From Minisyncoccota bacterium (lineage in GTDB: Bacteria > Patescibacteriota > Microgenomatia > UBA1400 > PJMF01), in NCBI GenBank assembly GCA_009991965.1, contig JAACWQ010000007.1, positions 1 to 60,075 of the forward strand: a DNA stretch of 60,075 bases, written 5' to 3'. The notes beneath the pieces are model-generated. The model worked only from the letters and a program-made list of their open reading frames with translations. It searched no databases and was not told where the DNA came from. Shown piece after piece: positions 34,535-43,800 of the stretch (the stretch's first letter is position 1; each line of letters opens with the position of its first letter). A program made the position numbers and the translations under genes.

Positions 34535-36013
34535 TTAGGCCTGGAGAGATTTGCGAATAAAAGCTATTTCTCGTTGCAATTGTTGGTCGAGTAGCACTTC
34601 TTTTTCAATTTTCTTTACGGCGTGTAAAACACTCGTGTGATCTCGATTGGCAAACCAGCGACCAATTTCTATAAGCGGCAACGAAAGCTCTTGTTTGAGG
34701 AGATACATCGCGATATGTCGTGCAGTAACCAGATTTTTTACGCGACTTTTTCCTTTGATAGCAATTTGTTTGACCGAAAAATGTGTGGCAACGGTTTTAA
34801 TAATTTCACTCGGGGAAGTACGTTGTGAGAGACGTTGCTCCAACGGCTGAGAATTGGAGATGAGTTGTTCGATTAATTCTTCGTTAATTTCTCGACCCTG
34901 AAGTTCCACCGCAGAACGGAGAAGAGTAATAATACCCTCAATCCTTCGAGCTGAATCAACAGTTTCAGCAATGCGTTTCGCGAGATCAATTGTGATGGCG
35001 AGATTTTGAGCTTGGCTTTTGAGAAGAATAATTGCGGTTCTCAGTTCAAACGACGGTTCTTGAATATCAATCATAAGTCCTGCTTCAAACCGAGAACGCA
35101 AACGATCTTCGAGAAGACGAATTTCTTGTGGCGGTCGATCTGAAGTGAGTACAACCTGACAATTCTTTTTAGTTAGTGCATTGAAAGTATGAAAAAATTC
35201 TTCTTGCACCGCATTTTTTCCTGCAATAAATTGAATGTCGTCAATGAGAAGTACTTGTGCCGAACGATAGCGATCTTTGAATTGACTGGCTCGTTTTGTC
35301 TGAATGGCCTGGACAATTTCATTAGTAAACTCTTCGCCGGTACAGTAAATCATCTGACTCTGAGGATTGGCTCGCAAAATATTATTGGCAATCGCGTGCA
35401 TAAGGTGCGTTTTGCCGACCCCAACCCCTCCATATAGAAAGAGTGGATTATATGAGCTGCCGGGCTGATTTGACACCGCTGTGGCTGCCGCATGAGCCAT
35501 CTCATTACTGGTTGAGACCGCAAATGTTTCAAAAGTGAAGTCTGGGCGCAAACCAATCTGTTTACTGCGCAAAAGCCTGCGATCAATGGAGGCGGTCTCA
35601 AGTGTGGCGGGAGAAAATAACTCTTCAACTCGAGGGGATGGAGAGTACTCTGGTCGAGTAAGCAGCGAATTGAATGTCTGATTTTTGTCTGGCGCATGTA
35701 TTCTTTTTTCTTCTTTGGAGACCGTTGGGAGCGAACCGATAAAATAAACAACTTCTACCTGATGTTTGGTGAGGTCGCTCAGAGATTGGATAAACTTTGA
35801 GTGAAAATTCTTTTTGACGTTAGTTGAATGAAATGCGGTTGGACTAGTAATGGTAGCCTGCGCGTGCTGTGTATCAATATATTCAAGACTTGTGAGTGGG
35901 TTGGCGACAATCCACGTATTAAAAACAGCCGAGCTTAATTCGGTTTTGAGCTGCGCACAGCATTGCTGCCAAACACGAGAAACTTCTTCTGGTGAGAGAA
36001 TTTTGGATTCCAT
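34535..36013 (-). CDS. dnaA: Chromosomal replication initiator DnaA
   Basis: GGVGVGKTHLMHAI, LLIDDIQF, C-terminal DNA-binding ...ARHIAMYLLKQ...GRWFANRDHTSVLHAVKKI. Confidence 0.97.
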   Translation of the reverse strand: MESKILSPEEVSRVWQQCCAQLKTELSSAVFNTWIVANPLTSLEYIDTQHAQATITSPTAFHSTNVKKNFHSKFIQSLSDLTKHQVEVVYFIGSLPTVSKEEKRIHAPDKNQTFNSLLTRPEYSPSPRVEELFSPATLETASIDRRLLRSKQIGLRPDFTFETFAVSTSNEMAHAAATAVSNQPGSSYNPLFLYGGVGVGKTHLMHAIANNILRANPQSQMIYCTGEEFTNEIVQAIQTKRASQFKDRYRSAQVLLIDDIQFIAGKNAVQEEFFHTFNALTKKNCQVVLTSDRPPQEIRLLEDRLRSRFEAGLMIDIQEPSFELRTAIILLKSQAQNLAITIDLAKRIAETVDSARRIEGIITLLRSAVELQGREINEELIEQLISNSQPLEQRLSQRTSPSEIIKTVATHFSVKQIAIKGKSRVKNLVTARHIAMYLLKQELSLPLIEIGRWFANRDHTSVLHAVKKIEKEVLLDQQLQREIAFIRKSLQA

Positions 36014-36034
36014 AATATGTGGGGCAGAGAGTTA

Positions 36035-36064
36035 GTTATACACAGTCTTTTCCACACTTGGCAA
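36035..36064 (-). promoter_or_regulatory. Putative dnaA promoter (TTGCCA-18-TATAAC on the minus strand) with two DnaA boxes in the spacer
   Basis: On the plus strand, TTATACACA at 36036-36044 is a perfect TTATnCACA and TTTTCCACA at 36048-36056 is an 8/9 match. The -35 (tggcaa, 36059-36064) and -10 (gttata, 36035-36040) are read on the minus strand. Confidence 0.4.
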
Positions 36065-36078
36065 GGGAGAGATTGTTG

Positions 36079-37992
36079 TTATTGGGACGGAGGTTGGTAG
36101 TCGTCGATCGTGCTTGTGAGTGATTCTCGAGTAGCTTTTGGTACTTGGGGTACTACTGCAGTTTCCAGCGCTCTTTGTTTGTTTTTCTGCAAAATTTCTT
36201 CTGGATCCGTAGTGATAATGCCATGTTCCTCCGGACTTGCTACAACGCGGAGCGCAACGTGATTCTGTCCAGCAAAAAAGATGCCTTCGCCAACATCGGC
36301 GGTTACTAATAATTGCCGCTCTCCTTGCGAAAGATAAAACGTTTCCGCTAAAACAGGAATAGATGCGGTCGATTGTTTCATTAAAAACTGAATTGAGGCG
36401 TTTGAGATAATGGCTTTGCCATACTCATTGGAAACAAAATCTTCTACATCCTGAGTAATTGTGGTAATACCAAGGTAATATTTCCGCGCACGCTTGACCA
36501 TTGAATAGATAAAGGAGGCCGAATCCTTCGTCTTCATAAAGTACCAAGCCTCATCAATAACAAGAATACGTTTCTTGAGTTTTTTCTTCACCCGTGTCCA
36601 GATGTAGTCGAGGATAATATACATAGCAATTGGTCTCAGACCCTCTTCCATTTCTTTGACGGAAAAAACTGTTAGTTGATTGGTAATATCAAAATTGGAA
36701 GGTTGGTCAAAAATGCCGCGGAATGAGCCAGTGATAAATTTTTCCAAACGAGCCGCGATGTTATTGGCGTCTTCGGTTTCCATGCCAATCAGCGCTTTAT
36801 ACACATCTTCCATGAGTGGCGGCTCAAGAGTTTGGGTGGCTGGATCTGGCGTAATACCCTTGGCTTTGTAGGCGGCCACGAGCGCACGATCGAGGAGCGC
36901 ATCTTGCTGCGGGGTCATTTCACCCAGCATGACTTTGAGCAAACCATGGAGTGAAATTATTTTTTGACCAAGCTCGTTTTCACCCTCTTCGTAGATATTA
37001 GAAAGATCAAAGGGATTAATGCGCGCTTTTGAACTAAAAGTGAAATTGAGATATTCGCCCCCAACTGCCTTTGATAAATCTTCGTACTCATGCTCAGGAT
37101 CAAGCACAATAACCTCTATCCCAAACATAAGTTGGCGGAGTATCTCGAGTTTGACAGTATATGATTTTCCTGCACCAGATTTGGCAAAGATAATCATGTT
37201 GGCGTTTTCCATTTGGAAGCGGTCAAAAATAACCAACGAATCATTGTGTTCGTTGATGCCATACATAATGCCGCTCTCCATCGTCAACTCCGAAGAGGTA
37301 AAAGGAAAAGTGGTGGCAAGTGAAGTGGTGTCCATGTTGCGGGTTACAAGCAGTTTATCGACACCCATCGGCAACGTTGTTTTAAATCCCTCGTCCATTT
37401 GCAAGGTGGCGTTTTTGGAAACTATTAATAACGAGCCGAGTGACGACTGAATGCTCTTGGTTACGCGATTGAGTTCCTCAAGTGATTGCGCTGTTGCAGT
37501 GACATAGAGACCAAATTGAAAAAATCGTTCTGAGCCTTTGGCAAGTTCTTCGCGGATAAATCGTGCGTCTTCGAGTTTTACCTCGGTGTTGATATTGCTG
37601 ATTTTGCCATTGCGCAGATCTGATTGGATTTCGGCTTCCATCTCAGTAATTTTTCGCTTTAGGTTGTCGAGCACCTCTCCAGAATCAACTGGAAAAATAA
37701 ACATTGAAACATGCATTTGGTGCGGAAAGTTGATAAGTGGGCCAAGCCAGTTGGCTGGCACGCTTCTGGGGTAACCAGCCACAAAAAGCGTGCGCGTATA
37801 AGTCGAGTTAATTTTTTGATAGGTAAAATCAACCTCAATTGCCTCAGGAGCAATAATATCCTGAATTGTTACTAAGCCACGCGAAAACTCTTGAATTTTT
37901 TCAAGTGATCGAGCCTGAGCGTCATCCTTGGTGGGGGTGGTATCAGCTTTTGGCTTTTTTCCGAATGGTAGTAAAGAACTCAGGCTGGGCAT
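36079..37992 (-). CDS. virB4: VirB4/TrbE/ConE-family T4SS ATPase (lacks the most N-terminal VirB4 segment)
   Basis: Walker A MIIFAKSGAGKSYTV, Walker B RILVIDEAWYF, ...GITTITQDVEDF.... The N-terminal ...YTRTLFVAGYPRSVPANWLGPLINF... is typical of the VirB4 middle region. Confidence 0.85.
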   Translation of the reverse strand: MPSLSSLLPFGKKPKADTTPTKDDAQARSLEKIQEFSRGLVTIQDIIAPEAIEVDFTYQKINSTYTRTLFVAGYPRSVPANWLGPLINFPHQMHVSMFIFPVDSGEVLDNLKRKITEMEAEIQSDLRNGKISNINTEVKLEDARFIREELAKGSERFFQFGLYVTATAQSLEELNRVTKSIQSSLGSLLIVSKNATLQMDEGFKTTLPMGVDKLLVTRNMDTTSLATTFPFTSSELTMESGIMYGINEHNDSLVIFDRFQMENANMIIFAKSGAGKSYTVKLEILRQLMFGIEVIVLDPEHEYEDLSKAVGGEYLNFTFSSKARINPFDLSNIYEEGENELGQKIISLHGLLKVMLGEMTPQQDALLDRALVAAYKAKGITPDPATQTLEPPLMEDVYKALIGMETEDANNIAARLEKFITGSFRGIFDQPSNFDITNQLTVFSVKEMEEGLRPIAMYIILDYIWTRVKKKLKKRILVIDEAWYFMKTKDSASFIYSMVKRARKYYLGITTITQDVEDFVSNEYGKAIISNASIQFLMKQSTASIPVLAETFYLSQGERQLLVTADVGEGIFFAGQNHVALRVVASPEEHGIITTDPEEILQKNKQRALETAVVPQVPKATRESLTSTIDDYQPPSQ

Positions 37993-38000
37993 CGAGTATC

Positions 38001-38987
38001 CTAAATCTCCGGCATTGGAGGTGCAGCTGGCGTCGCCACTGGAGTCTCCGTAGGTGCTGGTGCTGTTGGGGCAGCCATACCTCCTGGTGGGATTGGTGTA
38101 ATAGGAGCCTGTCCTAGTTCTTGTACGGTTGCATTGAGGTCTGCCTGCGTTGTGGATTCATCGGCAGTTGGAACCATTGGTTCTGGCATGGTTGGCGCAG
38201 GCATTGCAGGCGCAGCTGGTGGCATTGGAGCCATCGGCACAACGGGAGCCATTGGTTCTGGTGTGGCTGCGGGAGCCGGGTTGGTTGGTATTTGAGCGTC
38301 CATATGCTCTCCTTGTATACGTGCGCGCACGAGCGGCGCACTATAACTACTACTTTCAGCGATATGTTGACCTTCAGCCGCCTCAGGGTTGTACTTAATA
38401 TAGAACAACTCGATAATTTCCTGAGTTGTGAGTTGGCGAGAAAACAGTCCAATACGCGCAAATTGGGCGGCTAAGTGATCTCGCTTTGGCTCAAGCAACT
38501 GTATCGCTTTTTCAATAATAACAGATCTCTCCATACTTTCGATCCCCGGAGATTGTTTGCCAGGCAATACACTTGAGGGTGCAATCATACCGAGCTCTAG
38601 AGGAGAGGCAGGGATGACGACATAGAATTTTTTGTCGAGCACGTTGCGATCGTGAATGAGATTGCTAACAAATTCTCGATATTTGCGAATTCTTCCTTGC
38701 ATGATGGGGGAGGAAGTTTCTGACTCTTGTTGTTCGAGAAGTTTGAGATATGTGGTGACGTCTTTAGTGCGCGAATTAATCACTATTTGAATAGGATAAT
38801 TCAGCGAATTTAAGAGGCCTGCGTAGGCATACATGATGGCATCTTGCTCTGCTTCTGCCAACAAACCAAAATTCATCGCATCAACTATCATAATGAGCGA
38901 AGTGGTGCCGTCCTTCATGAGCAATAAATCGTTGGTGATGTCGTAAATATCGAGGAATGATTGGGTTGTGGTTACTGTGTCGGGCAT
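38001..38987 (-). CDS. Protein resembling the N-terminal segment of Gram-positive VirB4 (ConE/Orf16/PrgJ type) with a Pro/Ala/Met-rich C-terminal tail
   Basis: TQSFLDIYDITNDLLLMKDGTTSLIMIVDAMNFGLLAEAEQDAIMYAYAGLLNSLNYPIQIVINSRTKDV matches my recollection of the VirB4 N-terminus (...i.dgiv..kdg.y..ileie.iNf.l.s.eEq..i...f..fL......iQi...). The tail from ~aa 232 is PMAP-type low complexity. Confidence 0.5.
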   Translation of the reverse strand: MPDTVTTTQSFLDIYDITNDLLLMKDGTTSLIMIVDAMNFGLLAEAEQDAIMYAYAGLLNSLNYPIQIVINSRTKDVTTYLKLLEQQESETSSPIMQGRIRKYREFVSNLIHDRNVLDKKFYVVIPASPLELGMIAPSSVLPGKQSPGIESMERSVIIEKAIQLLEPKRDHLAAQFARIGLFSRQLTTQEIIELFYIKYNPEAAEGQHIAESSSYSAPLVRARIQGEHMDAQIPTNPAPAATPEPMAPVVPMAPMPPAAPAMPAPTMPEPMVPTADESTTQADLNATVQELGQAPITPIPPGGMAAPTAPAPTETPVATPAAPPMPEI

Positions 38988-39038
38988 GATTGTTATTTTG
39001 TAGTTCTCATCGTAGCTTGTTTCAAGTAGCTCAGCAAG

Positions 39039-40256
39039 TTATGCGGTGCTGCGAATCTCGATAGGATCGACCAACTGACCAGTTAAAATAATACTTTGAC
39101 TAGGAAATTGTAGTTGGTCTTTTTCCGCCTCCACGACATATTCGCCATTAGCGAGAGGAGTGGTGATAAAGAATTGACCCAGGGCATTGCTTTTAACGGC
39201 GCGCTCTATTGAGCCGTTAGATTTGCGAATTTCTACAATGGCATCGGGTATAAGTTCGTTTTGTGCCGAAAGCACCATGCCAACAAGCTTGTTAGGGGTA
39301 TTTGGCTTGTCAGGAAATGGAAGGTTGTCGTTGAACACTGCTTTGCTTGTAGCGGCCGTTGCCTCTGCAGCAACAGCACCTTGGTCTGCAATAAAAACTT
39401 GTTCTTTTGGCGCTATTACTGGTAGTTTCTGCAAAACACCGTCATTTGACGTATCTATTTCGATAGAAATGGCTCGTGTCTTTGGGATGGAAATGTTTTG
39501 TGCTACTTGTTCGGTTGTTAGATACTCACTTTTTTTTGTGCGATCGGTTGCGGCATGAAGGAGTGTTTCTACGGTGGTTGCTGCTTCAATAGGTTGTGCG
39601 ACAGCGTCTTCTCCCTGAGAAAAACTGGTAAAAACTTGCTCAAACGAGCTTGTTTGTCGCAAATCCCGCACCCGAGTTTTAAGCATTGGTTTTTGGGTTA
39701 CGCGTGGTGGTGTAGTCGATATATTTTTCGCCCGCACTTTGGTTGTGTCAAACAAAGCGTTTATGTCTTGAATTTGTTGGCGTTCTTCTGCGAGCAAACC
39801 ATCGCTGGGGATTTCGTATTGAGTGGACGTCAAATACTCTTTAATTCGTTGTCGGCGAATAGGCGAGAGATCGATTTCTTGCTCTGGTGTTCTGCTGATT
39901 TTCCCCTGCTGAAACAAAAATGCGTCAGGAATTTTCACTTTTCGTTTCCAGTAATACTGTGTTGGTTTGTATAGCACTCTAAAAAACGTAATGATCCAGT
40001 GATCGATCGGTCGCTCGGCAATTGGGACAAACGCTGCTGCAGCACCAAGCCCGAAAGCAACGAACATAAGTGGCCACTTTATGATTGGGAAGAGGTTAGT
40101 GCTGTATATGACAAACGCAATAATTGCGCCGAGTGCTACTTCGCCAAACTGTTTGAGCGTCATACTCCCGACGATGTGAAATCGGTAACCAGTTATATCT
40201 TGTGGGATCGGATGTTCTCGCATATAAGCTCTTCCATTGTAGAGGTAATGGAGCAA
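39039..40256 (-). CDS. PrgI/VirB3-like membrane protein fused to a long extracytoplasmic extension with a carboxypeptidase-regulatory-like beta-sandwich
   Basis: The N-terminal PIPQDITGYRFHIVGSMTLKQFGEVALGAIIAFVIY plus a second TM matches the PrgI-family pattern. It sits directly upstream of the VirB4 genes. The C-terminal VGMVLSAQNELIPDAIVEIRKSNG...ALGQFFITTPLANGEYVVEAEKD is CarboxypepD_reg-like. Confidence 0.65.
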   Translation of the reverse strand: MLHYLYNGRAYMREHPIPQDITGYRFHIVGSMTLKQFGEVALGAIIAFVIYSTNLFPIIKWPLMFVAFGLGAAAAFVPIAERPIDHWIITFFRVLYKPTQYYWKRKVKIPDAFLFQQGKISRTPEQEIDLSPIRRQRIKEYLTSTQYEIPSDGLLAEERQQIQDINALFDTTKVRAKNISTTPPRVTQKPMLKTRVRDLRQTSSFEQVFTSFSQGEDAVAQPIEAATTVETLLHAATDRTKKSEYLTTEQVAQNISIPKTRAISIEIDTSNDGVLQKLPVIAPKEQVFIADQGAVAAEATAATSKAVFNDNLPFPDKPNTPNKLVGMVLSAQNELIPDAIVEIRKSNGSIERAVKSNALGQFFITTPLANGEYVVEAEKDQLQFPSQSIILTGQLVDPIEIRSTA

Positions 40257-40285
40257 AGAGCCAAGTTCAATGATGGGTTTGTCGT

Positions 40286-40867
40286 CTATTCCGTTAGAGA
40301 CTCTGGCCCAGCGCCAGATTCAGACAGAGATTCACCGTAACCTGCCAAAAATTCTTCTTTTGTGGTAGGGACAAAAAACCACTTTTGTTCGACCACATCG
40401 CCATCGACGTGCGCAACGACCGCAAGGCCGTTCTCTAAAAATACATGTACTCGAACAGAGTCTGGCGAACTCGTGTCATAAAGCACAAAGGTTGGTTGGC
40501 CATACTCGGATACATACCGAGATAGTGTGTGTTTGGGGTCAAAACTGATAAATTCTTTGACAAATTGCACTTTATTTTCGGTATCTACGTGGACTTGATT
40601 GGGGTGGACGGCAAAATCAGAAGCATAGAGATACTCTGTGTCGCCTTTTTCTGTTTTAATTGACTCTAGCGGCTGACCAAGCTCTTTTTGTTTGTTGGTG
40701 GAAAAAACATCCCCTGGTCGCGCCGCGCCAAAAGTTGGGGCAGCCTCTTCTGGTTTGGGTGTGATTGCCTGCAACGCAATAGCAGCGATAAGTAATGCAA
40801 ATGCCGAGACGGCCAGTGTGTGATACCAGCGAGCAAAAATCCAGTGGGGTTGGGATGGCTGTTGCAT
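40286..40867 (-). CDS. Bitopic membrane protein (N-terminal TM + ~150-aa external domain), function unknown
   Basis: TM is YHTLAVSAFALLIAAIALQAI. There is a 1-bp gap to the upstream giant gene and a 29-bp gap to the PrgI-like gene. The topology is that of VirB8/PrgL-type components, but no sequence motif is recognised. Confidence 0.5.
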   Translation of the reverse strand: MQQPSQPHWIFARWYHTLAVSAFALLIAAIALQAITPKPEEAAPTFGAARPGDVFSTNKQKELGQPLESIKTEKGDTEYLYASDFAVHPNQVHVDTENKVQFVKEFISFDPKHTLSRYVSEYGQPTFVLYDTSSPDSVRVHVFLENGLAVVAHVDGDVVEQKWFFVPTTKEEFLAGYGESLSESGAGPESLTE

Positions 40868-40868
40868 A

Positions 40869-43800
40869 TTAGTATTCTACCCCTCCAAATACATTATTTT
40901 TTAACCAAGCGTGTTCTTTGGGATGCACTTGTTTTAGGTTATACACCCTATAGTTGGTAACATAACGCGCTATTGCTTCGGCAAAAGCCTCACCGTCTGC
41001 GCACCGATCGGGAAAGGGATAATTAAAACAACTATACAGATTACTTGGCAATGTTGCTACAAAAGTTGCGCGCAGCCCAGCATTGCGATTGTCGACGATG
41101 TGTCCAAGTTCGTGAATAAGTGTGTACTCGGTAGAAATTGTACTCGAAAAGGTGGGTGTATACAGGGCAATAGAGTCACTGGAAGTTGTCCAGCCGTAGT
41201 ATCCACTCGCATTGCTTGCGAGTCGGTAAATAGTAATGGGACCTTTAGCACAGACAAGCGAGGTAAACTTCGGGTTTTCCAAAATTGAGGCGCTGTATGC
41301 TGCACGAACTTTACTCATGTCAGCATCGGTTGTGGTAATCGTAATGTAGGGATCTTTTTCTGTGCCGAGATTAATTCCAGCAGTTCCTGGGGTAAAACAA
41401 CCAATGGTTGGATTTCCAATGACAACTGCCGCAAGTGCGGTGATGGTTTCGTTGGTAGAAAGTTTGTTACCGGCGGTGTCAAACACATCAAAAGTAATAG
41501 TAAGTGTGTTAATCACCATAACATCTACTGCAGAGATGGTGAGGGAGTAGGTTGGTTCGGCAGGGCCCGTCATGATTTCTGGAGGAAAACTATTGAGTGT
41601 TAGTGGAGATTTGAGGCTAAGATCACAGCTGTGTTCTTGTTTTTTATCACAACCTTGATATGAAAAGGCATCTTTTACTTGTGTAACCTGAAGTCGATAC
41701 TCTTTTTTTGGCTCGAATTTGATGGCATAGGTGACATCGGTTGAAATAGGACTAACGCTGTCGTCAATGCTCTCCGGCGAGGCTGTTTTTTCGAGTGTGG
41801 CATATTTGGATAATTCTTCGGTTTTTCCAACCACTCCTTCCGACGGGACTTTGATTAAAAATGCGCTGTAAATAATAAACAACACTTGGATGGATAAAAA
41901 TAATCCAATACCAATGCCGATGAGTGGAGCGGCAGTCGCGGTGACAGCCGCAGCAGTTGCACCGAGAAAGCCAGTGAGCGACGAACTGCCAGCAGCGGTT
42001 GTGGTGGGGCTAGCTTGGGCGAACGCATCTCCCGCAACAGCACTCGTTTCTGGTGCGCTGGTGAGCGCAGTTTGTTGGCTATAGCTGAGTGGTTGGGTCG
42101 CACCAGTGTTTGCAGCCCGCATGGCCGACATTGATTGGCCTGCTCCACTACCCGAGCTGAGCGAACTACCTGCGGTGCCGAATGGAGAGATGGGCGCGTG
42201 GGGAGTCCAACCCATTAGGCCCGTCCATTGTCCTCCCAACCCAGGGATTGCTGCACCAACATTTGCCCCAATCATGCCACCGGCTACTGCACCAACTGGT
42301 CCTAGTGCTGCTCCGAGGAATGCGCCGATTGCTCCCCCAGCTGCACCACCAACTGTTGTGAGCGCATACAGTGTTTTGCCGACAGCGAGTGCTCCGCCAG
42401 CAAGGGCGATTTGTCGCAATGTTTTGTTCTGCCAAATTGCTAGTGCGGCTGCTGGAACTACGCCAACGCCGGTAGCTGCCAACCCAGCTTTTAACGCTGC
42501 ACCTTGGGCAAACTTTCCTGCTAATGCCTTGCCAGCTTTTTTCATTAGTGCACTACGAATAGAGCTGGCTATCTGCGATTTAGCACTAGAGGAACCTTGG
42601 CCGTAGTCATAGGTGTAGGGATCAGTGCCGACGTTCATCCCAGCTAGTTGGGTGATTGCGAGCGGAGCTGCTCCGGAGGTCATCGCGATTTGAATTGCGT
42701 TTTGATTGGACTCTCCTTCTGCTACCGCCAGTCCCATTTGGGCGGCAATCATGGCTGCTTGTTCATCTTTGATGTTTTGGATTACCTCAGCAAGCACTTG
42801 TTCGCGTAGTTTGGCGACCTTGACTTGTTGAATTGCAATTCGATCTTGGATATCCAGAATTGGATCAATTACATGTATATTTTCTGTCCCGATACCTACC
42901 AGGAATTTACGAATTTCTGTGCTGTTGTAGGTGTTAAGCTTGGGCGGAATGGGGAGTGAGCTAAATCCTGCAAACTGACTAGAAGAGCCAACACCTTCAA
43001 TCTTGTCATAGAGCTGTGATTGCACATCTTTGGGCAAAGAACTCCACCAAGCAGCGTGGTTTTTTTCCACGGGAGTAACGGGAGTTGTGAGTGCGGCGAT
43101 TGTTGTTTCTGCGCCAAAGCTCGTCAGCATTTGTCTCGACTGGGGGATGGCCGAAAGCGCTCGTTGTACGGAGGCTGGGTCACTTGGGATGGCGCCTTGT
43201 AGCCCGCCAGATTGCAAAAATTGTTGCCCACCACCCATTTTAAGATCGCTCAAACGAAGGCTGATTTGGCTTTGGAGTGTAGCTATAAAAATAGGAGCAG
43301 TGGCGGCAGTAAGTGTGCCTGCGGCAAGACCAAATGCAAGCTCGAGTCGATTGGCTGAGATCTTCTTGACAAACTCAGGTGCTGCATCGCCAAACTCCAA
43401 AATCATTGCGTCGATAGTCGCCGCGGTGTTTGCAACAACAATGGGAGTTGCTCCGCCCCCGAGTGAGGCTTGTAGGTCGGCAGCCAACGCATCTTTTGCG
43501 CCCACAGATCTCCCGAGAATGCCATTTCGATATACAGCCTCAAACTGCGCTGCTTCTGTAGCATCTGTTTGTTGTATGAATCTTCCATACTCAATGAGGA
43601 AACTAGTTATTTGTGGATACTGTGACGGTAGGTTGATTGCAAAACGTTGATAGAGAGAAAGTAGATACGTTGGGTCGCTTTGGGCCAAGCGTAGTTGGGT
43701 GTCGGTGAGATTGAGAATTTCTCTTCGGGCAAACTCCGCAAGATCTCGGCGAATATTTTGTGCCGAGAGATCAAGTTCTGGCGATAGTTTATACAAGAAA

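Noticed and set aside
42106-43650. 166-aa and 206-aa plus-strand ORFs, and other 60-130-aa ORFs, inside the 1,427-aa gene
   Set aside because: They mirror the Gly/Ala-rich, GC-rich coding region on the opposite strand. The Pro/Ala-rich translations have no start context. They are treated as antisense artefacts, as are the many short ORFs overlapping 115-2520, valS, rho, radA and the 54769-59046 gene.
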